A stretch of DNA of 64,000 nt from Trichoplax adhaerens. Lineage: Eukaryota > Animalia > Placozoa. The stretch lies in NCBI RefSeq assembly GCF_000150275.1, contig NW_002060948.1:3299183-3363182 (forward strand). Reading direction: 5' to 3'. Both the position numbers and the translations under genes were made by a program. The notes under the pieces were generated by a model. The model was given only the letters and a program-made list of their open reading frames with translations. It was not told where the DNA came from and ran no database searches. The number at the start of each line of letters is the position of its first letter. Position 1 is the stretch's first letter. Shown piece after piece: positions 14,501 to 36,945 of this stretch.

Positions 14501-17500
14501 TTACCACCCAGCTAAGTTATAGAAATTATGATTCTTTAGTATTAAAGATAATAAATTGGAAATTATAGAAAGTGCTACTATATACCAAGCTTTCTTCCGT
14601 AGCTTCTCTCATTTTTTTAAAGACTTCTTCCATATGAGTAAAATGATTAAAAAATGCCATTAACTCATCCTGAAAAAATTGAGTATGAACGTAACGCACT
14701 GACGACACACGAAGTTTTAATTTCATGTCACAATCACGATAGTGGTCAGGATCTTCACTACCATATCTGAAAAAATAAATAAGTTTATTGTCAGCAAGAA
14801 TACCAAAACCGGACATCCTCGAGCATGCTACTAATAACCTGAAAAATTCAAAATTTAAGGCTTCATGATCCATAGTTGAAAACCTAGTCAAAGAAAAAAA
14901 AGGTAACATAATGATTGCAAGATAAAGCTCGGTATCAGTATTAGCTTACTTTTGTCTAAAATATATATTACCTTTCTTTATACAGGGAACCAGACGGCGA
15001 TAAATCTAATAATGCGATGTTACCAAGTCGTCCTTTCACAGAAGTATTTCCTTGGCTTAATGCAACTTCCGTACATAAGTCTGATACACAGGCCTGAGCC
15101 AGCTGATACTCATTCTTGCTTAACCTGATGGTCAAGGATCGTACCTTAAATTTGATTTCATTATCAGTCATATTACCTGATCCACCAGACTGTAATTCTG
15201 TGCTAGAATCGGCGATATTCCTTCGATCATAATCTTGCTGTAGTTCGATCTCTTTAATAGGAAAGCAGTCGATTAGTAATAACATACTCTAAAATTTATT
15301 GCAGAAATTAGCGAAAATTCATTATTAAGTCAACAAGGTACCGGAAATGTTGTTATTTGTTTGATTTTGGAAGCACTCTAGTAAGCATAGACAAGATTCT
15401 AGGTTGACTACCATATCCAGCGAATTGAAGTTTATATCCACTTGTCGTTTTGTCTACACATGGTAACGGAAAAAATTAATTAATTTACTCATAACGTAGT
15501 ACAGCATCGGTGTTGAGTGTCTTTGATGAATAACTTCATTGATTAAAAAACTTACAATATCGTATCTAGGAGCAGAAATTCCAGAATTTCCATTTATTAT
15601 TGTAATATTAATTTTAACTAAGGCGCTATCCCGCTCTAGCTTATTAGATAAATTATCATCAATTACTGGATCAATTAAATCAAGGTGCGTAGAAGACACC
15701 CGATGAGAAGATTGAGATTTGGCAACAAATCTGCTTTCTGAATTTGTTGAAACCATAAGATCTTCTATTTGTAAGCTATACAGCTTTATTTCCACGAAAG
15801 TTATGAAATTAGATGTATTACTAGCAGTCATGCTGAAATCTTGCAAGGAAAAGTTCAGCAAAGGAATCTCGTCGCCGCTAGCTTCCTTGACGAGGGTAAT
15901 TGATATGCATGGAATCGAAAATCCAGCTTCAAATTTCATATTCGTACTTGAGGTATTCATTAACACTGATGATTCACCTTTCTCTTCTTCATTGTTATTT
16001 ATCTGCATCTTAGAACTATCGTTTTCAGCTTGATCTACTAATAGGTTCTGTAACGTATCGTTAATGTGATTATATATTTTAGGGTTAACAGTCACTTGCA
16101 AAGGATTAACGATTTCACCAGTGACTTTTAGCAATGGAGACTCATTAGCGAGTTTCATATCTTCGGAAAGAATATCACGACTATCAATAAATCTATCAAT
16201 AACAAATTTAATTGTTGTATCTTTAAGAATGTCATAACCATTATAACACATTTCTTTTGTGTCGATCTTTGATTCAGAATCATATACGGCAGATAAACTG
16301 ATATTTTCAATTTGTAGAACTATTCGATCTCCTAAAGTTTGTTTAAGGCCCGCTTGAGAGACGGTTAACGATTTATTCTGTAGTGAAATTTCGCCGAGGC
16401 GTGCAACAAGAGCTTCACTAGCAACGTTACTTCGTGGTAGTACAATCACGGGGCTTTGAATTTTCATATCAATAACGAGATTCACATTTGCCTTACTGGA
16501 AGAAGCGCAATCGACGCTCGTGTCTCCGGTAATAACGTTGCCTCGATCATCAGCATCATTTTGAGATTGGTAGCAATCAGTATTCCTATTTACAGGGTTT
16601 GATAAAAACTCAAGTTGATTGGACAAGGTCTGTTTTTCACTAACAATATTCCTAGCTACTCCACTAGCTGCGGAACGGATTGACCTGCCAAGGTTTTCCG
16701 TAGAAGTTCGAAATTCCCCGATACAGGAATGTAACTCAGAAATAAATAACGGTTTATGTACATATTGAGCAGAGGCCATGCGCAATGTTAGAGCAATTTT
16801 CGTTGATAATGGATCTTGATTTGATGACTCATCTATAGCATTCGAAGCATAGATTTCATTTGTTTTGATAATTCCAAATGATAAGGCTTTCGTTGGATTA
16901 TTAGAATCTTTCGTTAATAAATTCGAAATTAAAGCGTCTCCTTTTGCTCCCCCAATACCAAGAGTTGAGAGATCGCATTGTTCAGAAAAGCTACCAAGTA
17001 AGAAGACAAAATTACGAACTGCAACATTCGTAAGGTCTATGCAAGTAAGACCATCTATTGCACCATCTAATTTTAATTCTCTTCCAATTGTCGCACTGAT
17101 TCTTGCACGATTCATACCAATAATTGCAACTTTACGACCAATGGTTGCATTGTTAGCTGAAGTAATCCCGCGTACTAACACCACGCTTAAGCTTTGAAAA
17201 TCGACGATAATGTCCACTTTATTGGACGATAATACCTTTGATACGGCCATGAAAAGAAATTACAAAAATTTGTCTAAATATCACATATTTGAAATTCAAA
17301 AATATAACAACTTACCTTCATGACGCTGTCATTGTCAACATCAGTATGGGTTTCCTTTGCAATGTTGACATTGATCTCAGAGGAAATACGATCAATAAAC
17401 GCCATTATTTCTACAATAAGTTCTTGGTTGGCTACGGATGAATATAAATAGAACAGGGCTTTTACTCATGATGAAAGCGGAGTAAAACAAGTAATTTGTA

Positions 17501-20500
17501 AGTCTACGTGATCCATGATCTTTTTGCAAGTAATTTTGAATTTGATTACCTATCATTTCCAAAGTGTTGCAATGGATAGATGCAATTTTTAGACCTTCTT
17601 TAGGAATACCCTCCGAGGGATAATTTCCGTCGACCGCTTGATATTCAATGGAAATAAGGGTTCGAGAGTCCGAAAAGCTCTCCAGTCGACTATTAGTATC
17701 TTTTTCATCTTCTTCATTTAGAGAAGTCTTCTTAGAGGTAATAAAAGTGTCAAAGTCTGGTCCATACAACTGAAGTCTATCAAAGACCGAAAAGAGTTGC
17801 ACTGATAAAGACACAGATATATCGTAAGGACACTTCGTAAAGTTTGCCTTCACTCCCTTAACTTCAACTTCAGCAATATCTCGTCCTACATCGATTCCCG
17901 TAATACGATATTATTAGTGATAGATCGTACTACAAATATTTAAGCATGTATGATATTAGGAGCTAATGATTGTGTACCTCTGCTAGAAACTATCAAAGTT
18001 GTCGTTTCAATCTGAAATTCTACTAGCAATAATTTCGATTCTACAACAAATTGAGGTTTGACAGGTTCTACTTCGATGTCTGGTACTTTACTTTCGGATA
18101 TCCTAATATTATTGCACGAGCCATTATCATACGTAAGTGAATAGAAACGTTAAAGACATTTAATAACAGCTTGTATGTTTTTAATTATAAAAGCCAAGTA
18201 ATGCTATATTACGATAAAAACACGTATATTAGAGTGTGTACCGTTGACTTTCAGTAACATCGTTAGAAATTGACGGATTGATGTAGGCTGATAATTCGTC
18301 ATCGGACACTAGTTTCAATTTTATTTTCGGTTTCGTGTATGAAATAAGAAATAATTAACGTTTACTATAAAGCTTGGTTATACCCAAATTAAAATAGAAC
18401 TATAAGTAGAATGATTATACTTTTTCCAGTTGACGTCAGTATCGGAGAGTCAACGCTATCATTATTCGCCAAAGCAGTTAGACACGAAACGAAAGCGATA
18501 AGCTGTAACAACACAGATCGATATTAGCATCTGTGAATAATACAGCTTTTGAATTTCAAATAAGAAAAATCTAGTAGAGAAAAATTGGCTACCTTTTCTT
18601 CATTTAAGTGTACCCTCAATTCTGGTAATGTGCCAGACAGTGTTGCGCTAGGCCATTGGGGATCGGTGGTAGGATAAAGACGTCTTAATATAGATCATAC
18701 AGTATATTAGTCAGACAACATCACTTCATTATAAAAGTCACATCATATTAATTATTAAAACGATTAACATTACATTGTACAAACCTTTCCATAAACAATA
18801 AAATACTAAATTTATCTACTAAATAAGCATCAGTAGAATCTTCCACGAGTAACGTTTGCCAATCGTTACCAAGTTGATTAACGGAAATTTGCAAGTCACG
18901 CATCAATAAGTTGAATCTATACAGTGTAGTATGACACGATAATTAGTTATTAATTCAATAGGTTAAGTATCGATGTTGCATAAAAATATACATCGCTGAA
19001 AGGTACCTTTCGTATAGTTTATCGTGAACGGCATCACTAATTGATGATATATGGCTAGTATTTGTAATTATACTTTTAAATATGGCATCTTCTTCGTCCT
19101 CTGATGGCGTCGATGGTGGAGTTAAAAAAGAATCTAAATCCAAATAATGCAATCAAATGATTTAGTACTCTCAATATAGAAATAGGATCTATTATATTTG
19201 TAAATACTTTCCTGTATAACTTACCATCATTATTTGAAATCTGGCGGGTAAGATCCGCTGATTTTGCCTCTACATTAGGTAAATCTTCAACGTTGTGAAA
19301 TAGCAGATGACCAAGATCGAGAATAACCTGAGATATAGCCATATAATATGCAATTAAGCATAAGCAATACTTACTATCAATAGACATAGTTTTAAATACT
19401 TGTCGCTATTCAACTAAGCATTTAATCCTGTCATACTTACGATTGGAGCATTAACATTAGTAAAATTTTCCGGGATCACAATCTGTGGAGCAGAGATATC
19501 TAGGTATACACTCCATTTCTTTGTCTAAAAGTGGTTTTGAATAAAGTATCTGTGTGATATACTTCATATTTGGTGAACAATCATACTTTTATAGCAAATT
19601 GGAAGTAGCAAAAGACCTTAATAGATCCATGCAAAAGCTGATCAAATGTATTCCGCAATTCTTCCTTCGTTTGATTTTTTAAATGTTCGTAACGGCTACG
19701 AGCAGCATCAGTAATAAGCTTAGATCTGGATGTTTGCTTCTGGTTAAAAAAGTTCATCAGCTTCGATATCACAGTAGAGTTATAAACAATAGCTAGCGGT
19801 TGAGAATGAACGCGTAGCCTAAAGTATATTTAAAATTAAGCATTTAGTCTGATGGTTAACAAAATAGTTCAATTTTATTTTCTTATGATTTATTGCTACT
19901 GTTATAGAATATCTATCTAGAAAAATAGTATAACCTATAGTCCACTTTAGCATCAAGTGGATTTCGTTCAAATTGAAGATGAAAGATATCTTCTGTAGAT
20001 TTTTCCTGCTTCTGCATATGCAAATCAATATTACCGGTAAACATTGACAATTTAGCAGATAATAGAAGCCTGTATACGTATTTTACAACGCTTTATCAAA
20101 CTAAAATGATGAAAAGTTCCGTTATTGTATCATTACATCCTGTTGATATATTGTCATACATTATACTTACCTTTGGAGCGGGAGAAATTACGTTTGGCAA
20201 CAAAGATTCCTTAGTAATCATATCTTTTACTACTAATGACCCAAGGGACATATTGACATCAATAAAATCAGTGCGTAGTCCAAGCGTAAGATTTGCAGTA
20301 ACTTTCATTAGGTCGATAGAAGCAATTGGTTGATAAATTGCTTTATATCCTAATTGAGTGATATTACCCGATTAATGCAGGGAGTTAAAATGGGGGCTTG
20401 TAAGAATGGAATAAAGTTAGCATAGCACGAACTACAGACAATCTATTACCCTGTGGTTCAATGAAAGTGATAAATTTTTACCTTGAGTGGTATTACTTGA

Positions 20501-23500
20501 TGAATTTATAAATAATACCGATCCAGACCGCAAGCAGAAGTTAATAGATGCGAATATCAGGTCACGATATAAAATACTACTATCGACGGAGGTGTTACTG
20601 AAGGAATTGAATAATTCTTCTTCTACGAAGAAAAATGATCGGTTACAGGCGCATTGATACTGATCATAACTAATAAGTTGAAGTTGTACTTATAATACTA
20701 ACCGAACTCAGTAATATCTTCATTTTCTTTGGGAGCGTCTTTAATTGGCTGCTTTGATACAACTGCAGCTTTTTTGATTTCAACTTCATTGGAATTGGTA
20801 TCGCTTTTACTACCCCATGAAGTCCATTCAGGAAACCACCGATTAGCAGTAAGAGGGGCTCTATCTGTGTCAGTAGTTTTGTTCATCTCCTATTCGAGCA
20901 TACAATATTTTTTCAGTTGACTGGATACTATGATATATAACATAAAACCTAATGATCTATCATATAAAGATCAGCAAACTTAATTGATCGACATCATAGT
21001 TAAAGTATAAAAAGTACCTTTTCTAATAATTTCTCAGCGAGAATTTTTTGCATGACCAATTCGCGCAAAATTATAATCTCGTTGATATTCATTTCATCTT
21101 CAATCCTTAATCGTTCTTCCTAAGATTATAATTCATTTTCGTATGCTTATATAAGACTGATTGCCAGTGATAGTGTAAAAAGTAGACGTGTAGTTATTAA
21201 TAAAATAATTGGATTTTACGTTTCTTTACCGTAACATAATCTTCAACTTTTGATTCAGTTAGATGCTGCTTGTACAGATTCATATACAGTAATAGACTGT
21301 GAACACGTTTGATGACAAAGGAGCGTGATCGACGATGTAGGCGTTCTCGCACATCGTTCAAAGTAACAGTTATGGCAAATTGCCACCATTTCCTCGCACT
21401 AATTATTTAATTGAAATGAGCAGAATACATCTGTTAACTTTTGATATAAATATTGTATGCCAATATCATTCCATCAATGCAGTAATACGATTTAAGAGAT
21501 CTATTATACGTATGTGTATTAAGTATAACCTTTGCTTATTAATGGGAACTTTTGGTTTCCATTTTCTAAATTTTCTTGATATACTATTTCTTTCCACTTC
21601 ATCCATTGTATAAACCAAATTTTGTAACTGATGTGATGATAGTGTTATTGAAATTTTACTAAGTTCAGTATCAATAATATATCTTGGTTTATTTCGAGAT
21701 TTCAAAGGTAACTCCGATCTATTCGTAGATAACTTTGTGACCGCACATAATGGTTCTAGAAGATAGCAATGCTTCTGCAAGATAAATAAGTTGCCATAAT
21801 ATGCTTAGTAATGAACTACACGGCAAGATTGTAGAAAAAACTTTATTACAGATAATCTCCTTACAATCTCTTTACCAAATCCATTGACTTGCAAAATGTC
21901 CTTAAAATGAATAAAGATCAAGAAGAGTCAATTAGACATAAAAATCGCTAATGGTATAGCTACTAGGCAGATTACCTGAAGCTCTATAATAGGAAGATCG
22001 CCGTAAAGATCAGTATCATCGTCATAATATATAGCAAGATTGCTTAGTGCAACAGATTTTACAATTAATGGATCTTCATCGGCGACTTGATCCTACGATA
22101 AAATACATCATATTCAAAGTTAAAAAGACATCAGTTGATTATTAACGTGGTAATGTATAAATGTAAGGTTACTTCTTTCTTTGCTGCTTGAACTCTTAAG
22201 CTAGAAATTGTTATTCCACATGCCACAGGCCTATTATTGTAAGCAGATGGTCCTTCATAACGTATATGGACATCGCTGATAACAATCTAAGACAATAGAC
22301 AAGAAACTTAACCATGATTCTTTAATAAGCTGCAATGATTACATTAAAGACTTTCGTTATTAGGCAATACTCATGTGTAAATATATAAATAGAAATATCT
22401 AGACATTAGTATAGGTATTTTGACTATGCAGTAAGAATATTGACAGAAATGTTTACAATTCATGCGAAATTTTTACTTGTAAATTTTCAATGATGCTTGT
22501 AAATAGAGAATTTGATACGAAGCTGGAAGCAAACGATGTTGCAGCTGACCACCAACTCACTGACTCATTTGCAGTAAGACTTGCCTAATTTAATTGGTAA
22601 ATGAGAATAATTATTATAAAGTATTTACTAATGAACGATTCCAGAACTGACCAAAGTATGAATATCACGAAGTTGTTGTGGTGAAATAATATTTACCCTC
22701 CATTGACTTTCCATGGCATCTAATTGCTGCCTCTTTCTATTGTTTTCAATTTGTTTTTCCTCTTCTGCATCATACGGCTAGCGATAGTACGTAAAATAGC
22801 GATAAATTTAGCTAATTTTATAATGTAGTGGAGCAGATATTGAGATTTGTACCTCATCTTCAGAGTGAGGTCCAGCTACTATATACAATTGCTCAATATG
22901 TATTTCCCAAGAACTCGTAGTACTTCTTCGCAGTGGTACTTTTAACTTTAATTTTCCTAAGAATCCTGTTAAAGATGAAGTATAGCGTTTGATATGCACC
23001 ATTTAATTCTTTTTCTATGCTGACGTTATCGAAATCGGTATCCATCGCTATACTAGGCTACTGAAATGATAACCTATTGTATATAGGTAGTCTTGTAGCA
23101 ATTATACTTCAATTATAATAAATGAGGCGAGATCAATTTGGCGCACCTGATTTAACAGCCAAAGGTAGATCCAATTTTCTCAGAGCATCCTTCCTGAGAG
23201 GTAAATTTTCCAACTCGACGGCACCTAATTGTGATAATCATTGATCCTTTCAGTTCCATTTTGAATTAAAGCACGATATGTTTTGCTTACGTGCAGTACT
23301 ATTGCGATATAATAGAGTAACTAGTAAAGTCTATTTATACAGTCAATACGAGTCAATATTAAAACTTATGTAGGAGTATTAGGTATACTGTAACATTGAT
23401 GTGAGAGTATCGTATAAACTCGTGATTACTATCAAGCTTTTAAGTAGGTTGAAAATCTGTGCCTTCATTTAAAGGGCGTTTTCTAGTACATTGCCCGGGC

Positions 23501-24235
23501 ATTCTATAGAATGCCCGGTTCCGTACATGGACCTTGACATATATGAATATAAACATATCATCATTTAAGGTTAAAGTTGTTCATCTATTTGTTAATGAAT
23601 AGATTGTAAATAGAGCAAAGCATGTTCAAACTCGATAAGGTAAAATTTCATCTTCATGTCCACAACACCAATATAGTCTATCAAGTTGTCCCTCCATGAC
23701 ATACTGTACTGTTGTTATCACTAAGCCATTTCAAATACTTCCTCTTTCATCATCAATTCATGAATTCAATTTTGGAAGAAAAGGCGTCTTGTTTTTTTTT
23801 TAATTTTAATAGCTCACTTTGCCCCTGCCTGGCTGCATTTTTCGTCTACGATCGCGGAAGAGTCTATCCTACGTATGAATTTGTCATCTATGCAAGAAAT
23901 CCGATTGATTGTTGATAGGATGGGTTGAGATTAATGGATTAGAGTTATACATGTCGATTAGGGAAGTAGTAGCATATGGAAGTGGACACTATATCTATTA
24001 CCAGTGAACATCATCTGATTGAGCTTGTGATATACGCTGTACATAATGTCAATTCAACTGTATGAGTTGAACTTAATTAAGAGAATAAGCTATAGCAAGC
24101 GAGTAGCATTGGCAAAATGAGGGCATGCCTTGACTTACCACTTAAAATGCCGATAGAGAGCTGATCTGTATTCAAGTTTTCCACATACTCTCCAATGTAA
24201 GTATTAATGATCCACGTCGCTAATTTCTCTAACAT
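5542..24235 (-). CDS. VPS13D: VPS13D bridge-like lipid transfer protein, about 53 coding exons
   Basis: Chorein-N start [33 protein letters not shown] (exon 24139-24235); ARKWWQFA; UBA domain ([32 protein letters not shown], about 11895-12116); VAB repeats plus a ricin-B-like QxW insert (SQLWRMT...TQTWHFT) in the 7890-11031 exon; ATG2_C-type [13 protein letters not shown]; PH-like end; stop at 5542-5544. UBA plus the ricin-like insert are characteristic of the D paralogue. I traced the frame through all junctions with GT-AG introns. Confidence 0.95.
23495..23518. other. Perfect 24-bp palindrome CCGGGCATTCTATAGAATGCCCGG in VPS13D intron 1
   Basis: Read directly; the two 12-bp halves are exact reverse complements. 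Confidence 0.85.
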
Positions 24236-24422
24236 TTTGCCTCATTAATTCTAGTGTACTAGTCACGATTCATCTACGCTGTATAACCTAATATTTAAAG
24301 GTAAGATTAAGACGATCTTTTGCCATTTACAGCTGGACTCGATCTTGCATGAACAGCAGCAACCATTTTGCAGAGATTATTTTGCAGTGATAATGACGTA
24401 CCGTATCGACTGGCTGGTTGTC

Positions 24423-24520
24423 CTACAGTATACAGTACAGTACTGTACTGTACACTGTGCAGTACTGTCTACTGTATGCAAGACTTACAGTAGTATTCGG
24501 TGTACCAGTCTGTACTGTAG
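24423..24520. promoter_or_regulatory. CAGTA/TACTG palindrome cluster, putative VPS13D promoter
   Basis: Perfect 22-bp palindrome TACAGTACAGTACTGTACTGTA at 24431-24452, about 200 bp upstream of the VPS13D ATG. Promoter function is inferred from position. Confidence 0.55.
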
Positions 24521-24688
24521 TCGAAAAGGACGATAGCGTATAGTTTAACAGTTCGATATAGTAAAGCTTTAGTATGATATGGGGAGTCTTGAATGAGTAT
24601 TTCTTTTACTATTTCTCTATCATGGCAAACATATCCATATTCTGTCTGTCCGTGTTCTTTCTAAATTTATTAAAACTGGCAGTATCTG

Positions 24689-26665
24689 CTATGGAGGATC
24701 GTTATGGACACTCTTGTCAGTCTATTTTTATACCTTTAAATCTAGTTATTAATTCATTACACCATCTACTATGGAGGATCGATATGGATACTCTGTCAGT
24801 CTATTTTTATACCTTTAAATCTAGTTATTAATTCATTACACCATCTACTATGGAGGATCGATATGGATACTCTTGTCAGTCTATTTTTATACCTTTAAAT
24901 CTAGTTATTAATTCATTACACCATCTACTATGGAGGATCGATATGGATACTCTTGTCAGTCTATTTTTATACCTTTAAATCTAGTTATTAATTCATTACA
25001 CCATCTAGTACAGTACTTTTGTACAGCATACACTACACGGTAAAAAGTTACTGAACCTCTGACAGGTCTATCAAATGGTAATACTATCTGTTAAATGAGC
25101 ACATTATCGTATACTGTCTGCAAAGCGACGGGAGTTTGCACTAGTTAAATCATGAAAGCATCCACTATCAGTTTATTTGGATGCAGTCAAATCTAGTTAT
25201 TCATTCATTAAAGCATCCACTATCTGTCTATTTGGATGCAGTCAAATCTAGTTATTCGTTCATGAAAGCATCCACTATCCGTCTATTTGGATACAGTCAA
25301 ATCTAGTTATTGATTCTTTAAAGCATCCACTATCAGTCTATTTGGATACAGTCAAATCTAGCTATTCATTCATTAAAGCATCCAATCTAGATGATCGATA
25401 TGGACTCGGTCAGTCTATTTTGATACATTCAAATGTAGTTATTAATTCATTAAACTATCTACTATGGATGATTGATATGGATACTCTTGTCAGTCTATTT
25501 GGATACATTCAAATCTAGTTATTAATTCATTCAAGCATCCACTCAGGATGATTGACATGGACACTCTGTCAGTCTATTTGGATACAGTCAAATCTAGTTA
25601 TTAATTCATTCAAGCATCCACTGTGGATGATCGATAGGGACCCTACCAGTCTATTTCGATACAATCAAATCTAGTTATTAGTTAATTCAAGCATCCACTC
25701 TGGATGATCGATATGGACCCCGCCGGTCTATTTCGATATAGTCCAATCTCGTTGTTAGAGCATCCACTAGGATGATCGATTACTGTCAGTCTATTTTTAT
25801 ACAGTCCAATGTAGTTGTTTAAACCATCTACTATGGATAATCAATACTGTCAGAGGATTTTAATCCAGTCCAATTCAACTTGATGATTAAGCGAAGGTAT
25901 ACGTACAGTAGAAACCATGGCAAACAGATCTTGATCCTGTCCGTCTGTATGTTATGTTATTTATTAAGTTAATTCATTAAAAGCATCCACATATGGATGA
26001 TCGATATCCATTGGACACTGTCAGTCTATTTTTATACAGTTCAATGGAGTTATTGATGAATTTATTCAAGTATCCACTATGGATGATCGAGATAGACACT
26101 ATCAATCTATTTTTATACAGTTCAATTGAGTTGTGAATGAATTCATGAAATTATCCACTATGGATGATGGATCTCTACTGTACACTCAATGAGTGTAGAG
26201 TAGACAGGGCCAGTCTATTTTCATACAGTCAAATCTAGTTGTTAACGAATTTGTTCAATTATCCAGTATGGATGATCGATATAGTCAGTCTATATTTATA
26301 CAGTTCAATCGAGTTATGAATGAATTCATGAAATTATCGACTATGGATGATGGATCTCTACTGTACACTCAGTGAGTGTAGAGTAGACAGGGCCAGTCTA
26401 TTTTCATACAGTCAAATCTAGTTGTTAACGAATTCGTTCAATTATCCAGTATGGATGATCGATATAGTCAGTCTATTTTTATACAGTTCAATCGAGTTCT
26501 TCATGAATTCATGAAACTATCCACTATTAATGATCGATCGATACAGTAGACAGTGTCTGTCTATTTTCATACAGTCAAATCTAGTTGTTAACGATTTGGT
26601 GAAACTATCCAGTATGGATGATCGATATAGACACTGTTAGTCTATTTTTATACAGACAAATCCAG
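24689..26665. repeat. Composite minisatellite array: 4 x 79-80 bp, 4 x 55 bp, diverged about 78-bp units and a 183-bp higher-order dimer
   Basis: 80-mers start at 24689, 24769, 24848 and 24928; 55-mers at 25155, 25210, 25265 and 25320; the 183-bp period is marked by ggatctctactgtacactc at 26169 and 26352. The shared core is gtctattt..atacagtcaaatctagtt...catccactatggatgatcgat. Confidence 0.92.
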
Positions 26666-27042
26666 TCTTATTGACTACGATAGTAAATGATGCCTATTAT
26701 TGATTTGTTTACTCTTTCCAAGTACATCACTCGAATTTGACTGGAATCCATTCTCATTGCTTATTCTCATTCCATAACATACACTATAGTAGTCGTGGAT
26801 TGAGTGGACCTTGTTGACAACATTACAGCTGCACTACTCGTATAGTCGGTGAACTCAGTAAGGCTACGTATACCCATGGACGTGCTAGAATTGTCAAGGG
26901 GTTAAGGTATTGGATATTGATATCCAAGGGTGGGCAGGGACTTTTAAGGAGCAAATTGTTAGGGATTCAAGTAGAATTTCCTCAGACAAGAGAAGAATTT
27001 TCCTCAGAAGTCGGCAACCATCTTGGCTAGTGGTGCGCGATT

Positions 27043-27340
27043 TTACAGTGTACAGTACCAACCTCGACCGTCCTGTACTGTACTGTACAGTGCATCCCGT
27101 CCAGTACAGTACTGTACTGTAAACATGGACTGGAAAATGCGATACTGTACACTCTTCTACAATCCAAAGCTTACAGTACGCCGCGGTCAACGTGTACTGT
27201 AGTACAGTACATATACTGTACTACAGCCCAGCGACGACGACTAGTGGCAACCTCCCCCCTCCGCCTCGCCAGTATTGTACTAATACAGTATGAAAGTAGA
27301 TCCAAACCAAGTGGAAGGATAGTCCTCCCCCCCCCTTTTG
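27043..27340. promoter_or_regulatory. CAGTA/TACTG palindrome cluster plus C-rich tracts, putative PI3K promoter
   Basis: 18-bp palindrome at 27102-27119; 13-bp stem with 4-nt loop at 27197-27226; cctccccctccgcc and a poly-C run; 250-550 bp upstream of ATG 27595. Confidence 0.55.
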
Positions 27341-27594
27341 CTTATACGATTTCTTGCATGGTTGTTATTATTCATTTTAATTATTATTCTGCATCTAATC
27401 GTTCCATCGTCGTCTCGATTTGAAAGAGAGAGATTGGGCAAATCGATCAAGAAAGAGTGAAAAACACTCTGTATCTTGTCATTGAAGGTCTTGGGGGTAG
27501 TAATTGATCCACCGAGTGAGTTGATCGTTGTCCAACGCCAATTTGGTGGGTGTTAGTTGTGCGTTGAGGAAGCAAGTCATCATCGCAAGCAGAC

Positions 27595-36945
<9,351 letters not shown>

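Noticed and set aside
15719-17197. + strand ORFs 15719-16033 and 16865-17197, and similar ones at 6687, 13010, 20106, 20729 and 38078
   Set aside because: Antisense shadows of real coding exons with no recognisable protein features.
23618-24130. p53-type half-sites AAGCATGTTC (23618) and GGGCATGCCT (24121) in VPS13D intron 1
   Set aside because: Single decamers 500 bp apart; a functional element normally needs two adjacent half-sites.
24689-26665. CRISPR-like repeat/spacer appearance (conserved core with a variable slot)
   Set aside because: The variable segments are related to one another, unit lengths vary, there are no cas genes and the context is a spliced animal genome; it is a satellite.
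26894-27190. ORFs rich in YCTVQYS-type peptides (also 24345-24536, 54222-54431, 59685-59870)
   Set aside because: By-products of translating the CAGTA/TACTG clusters.
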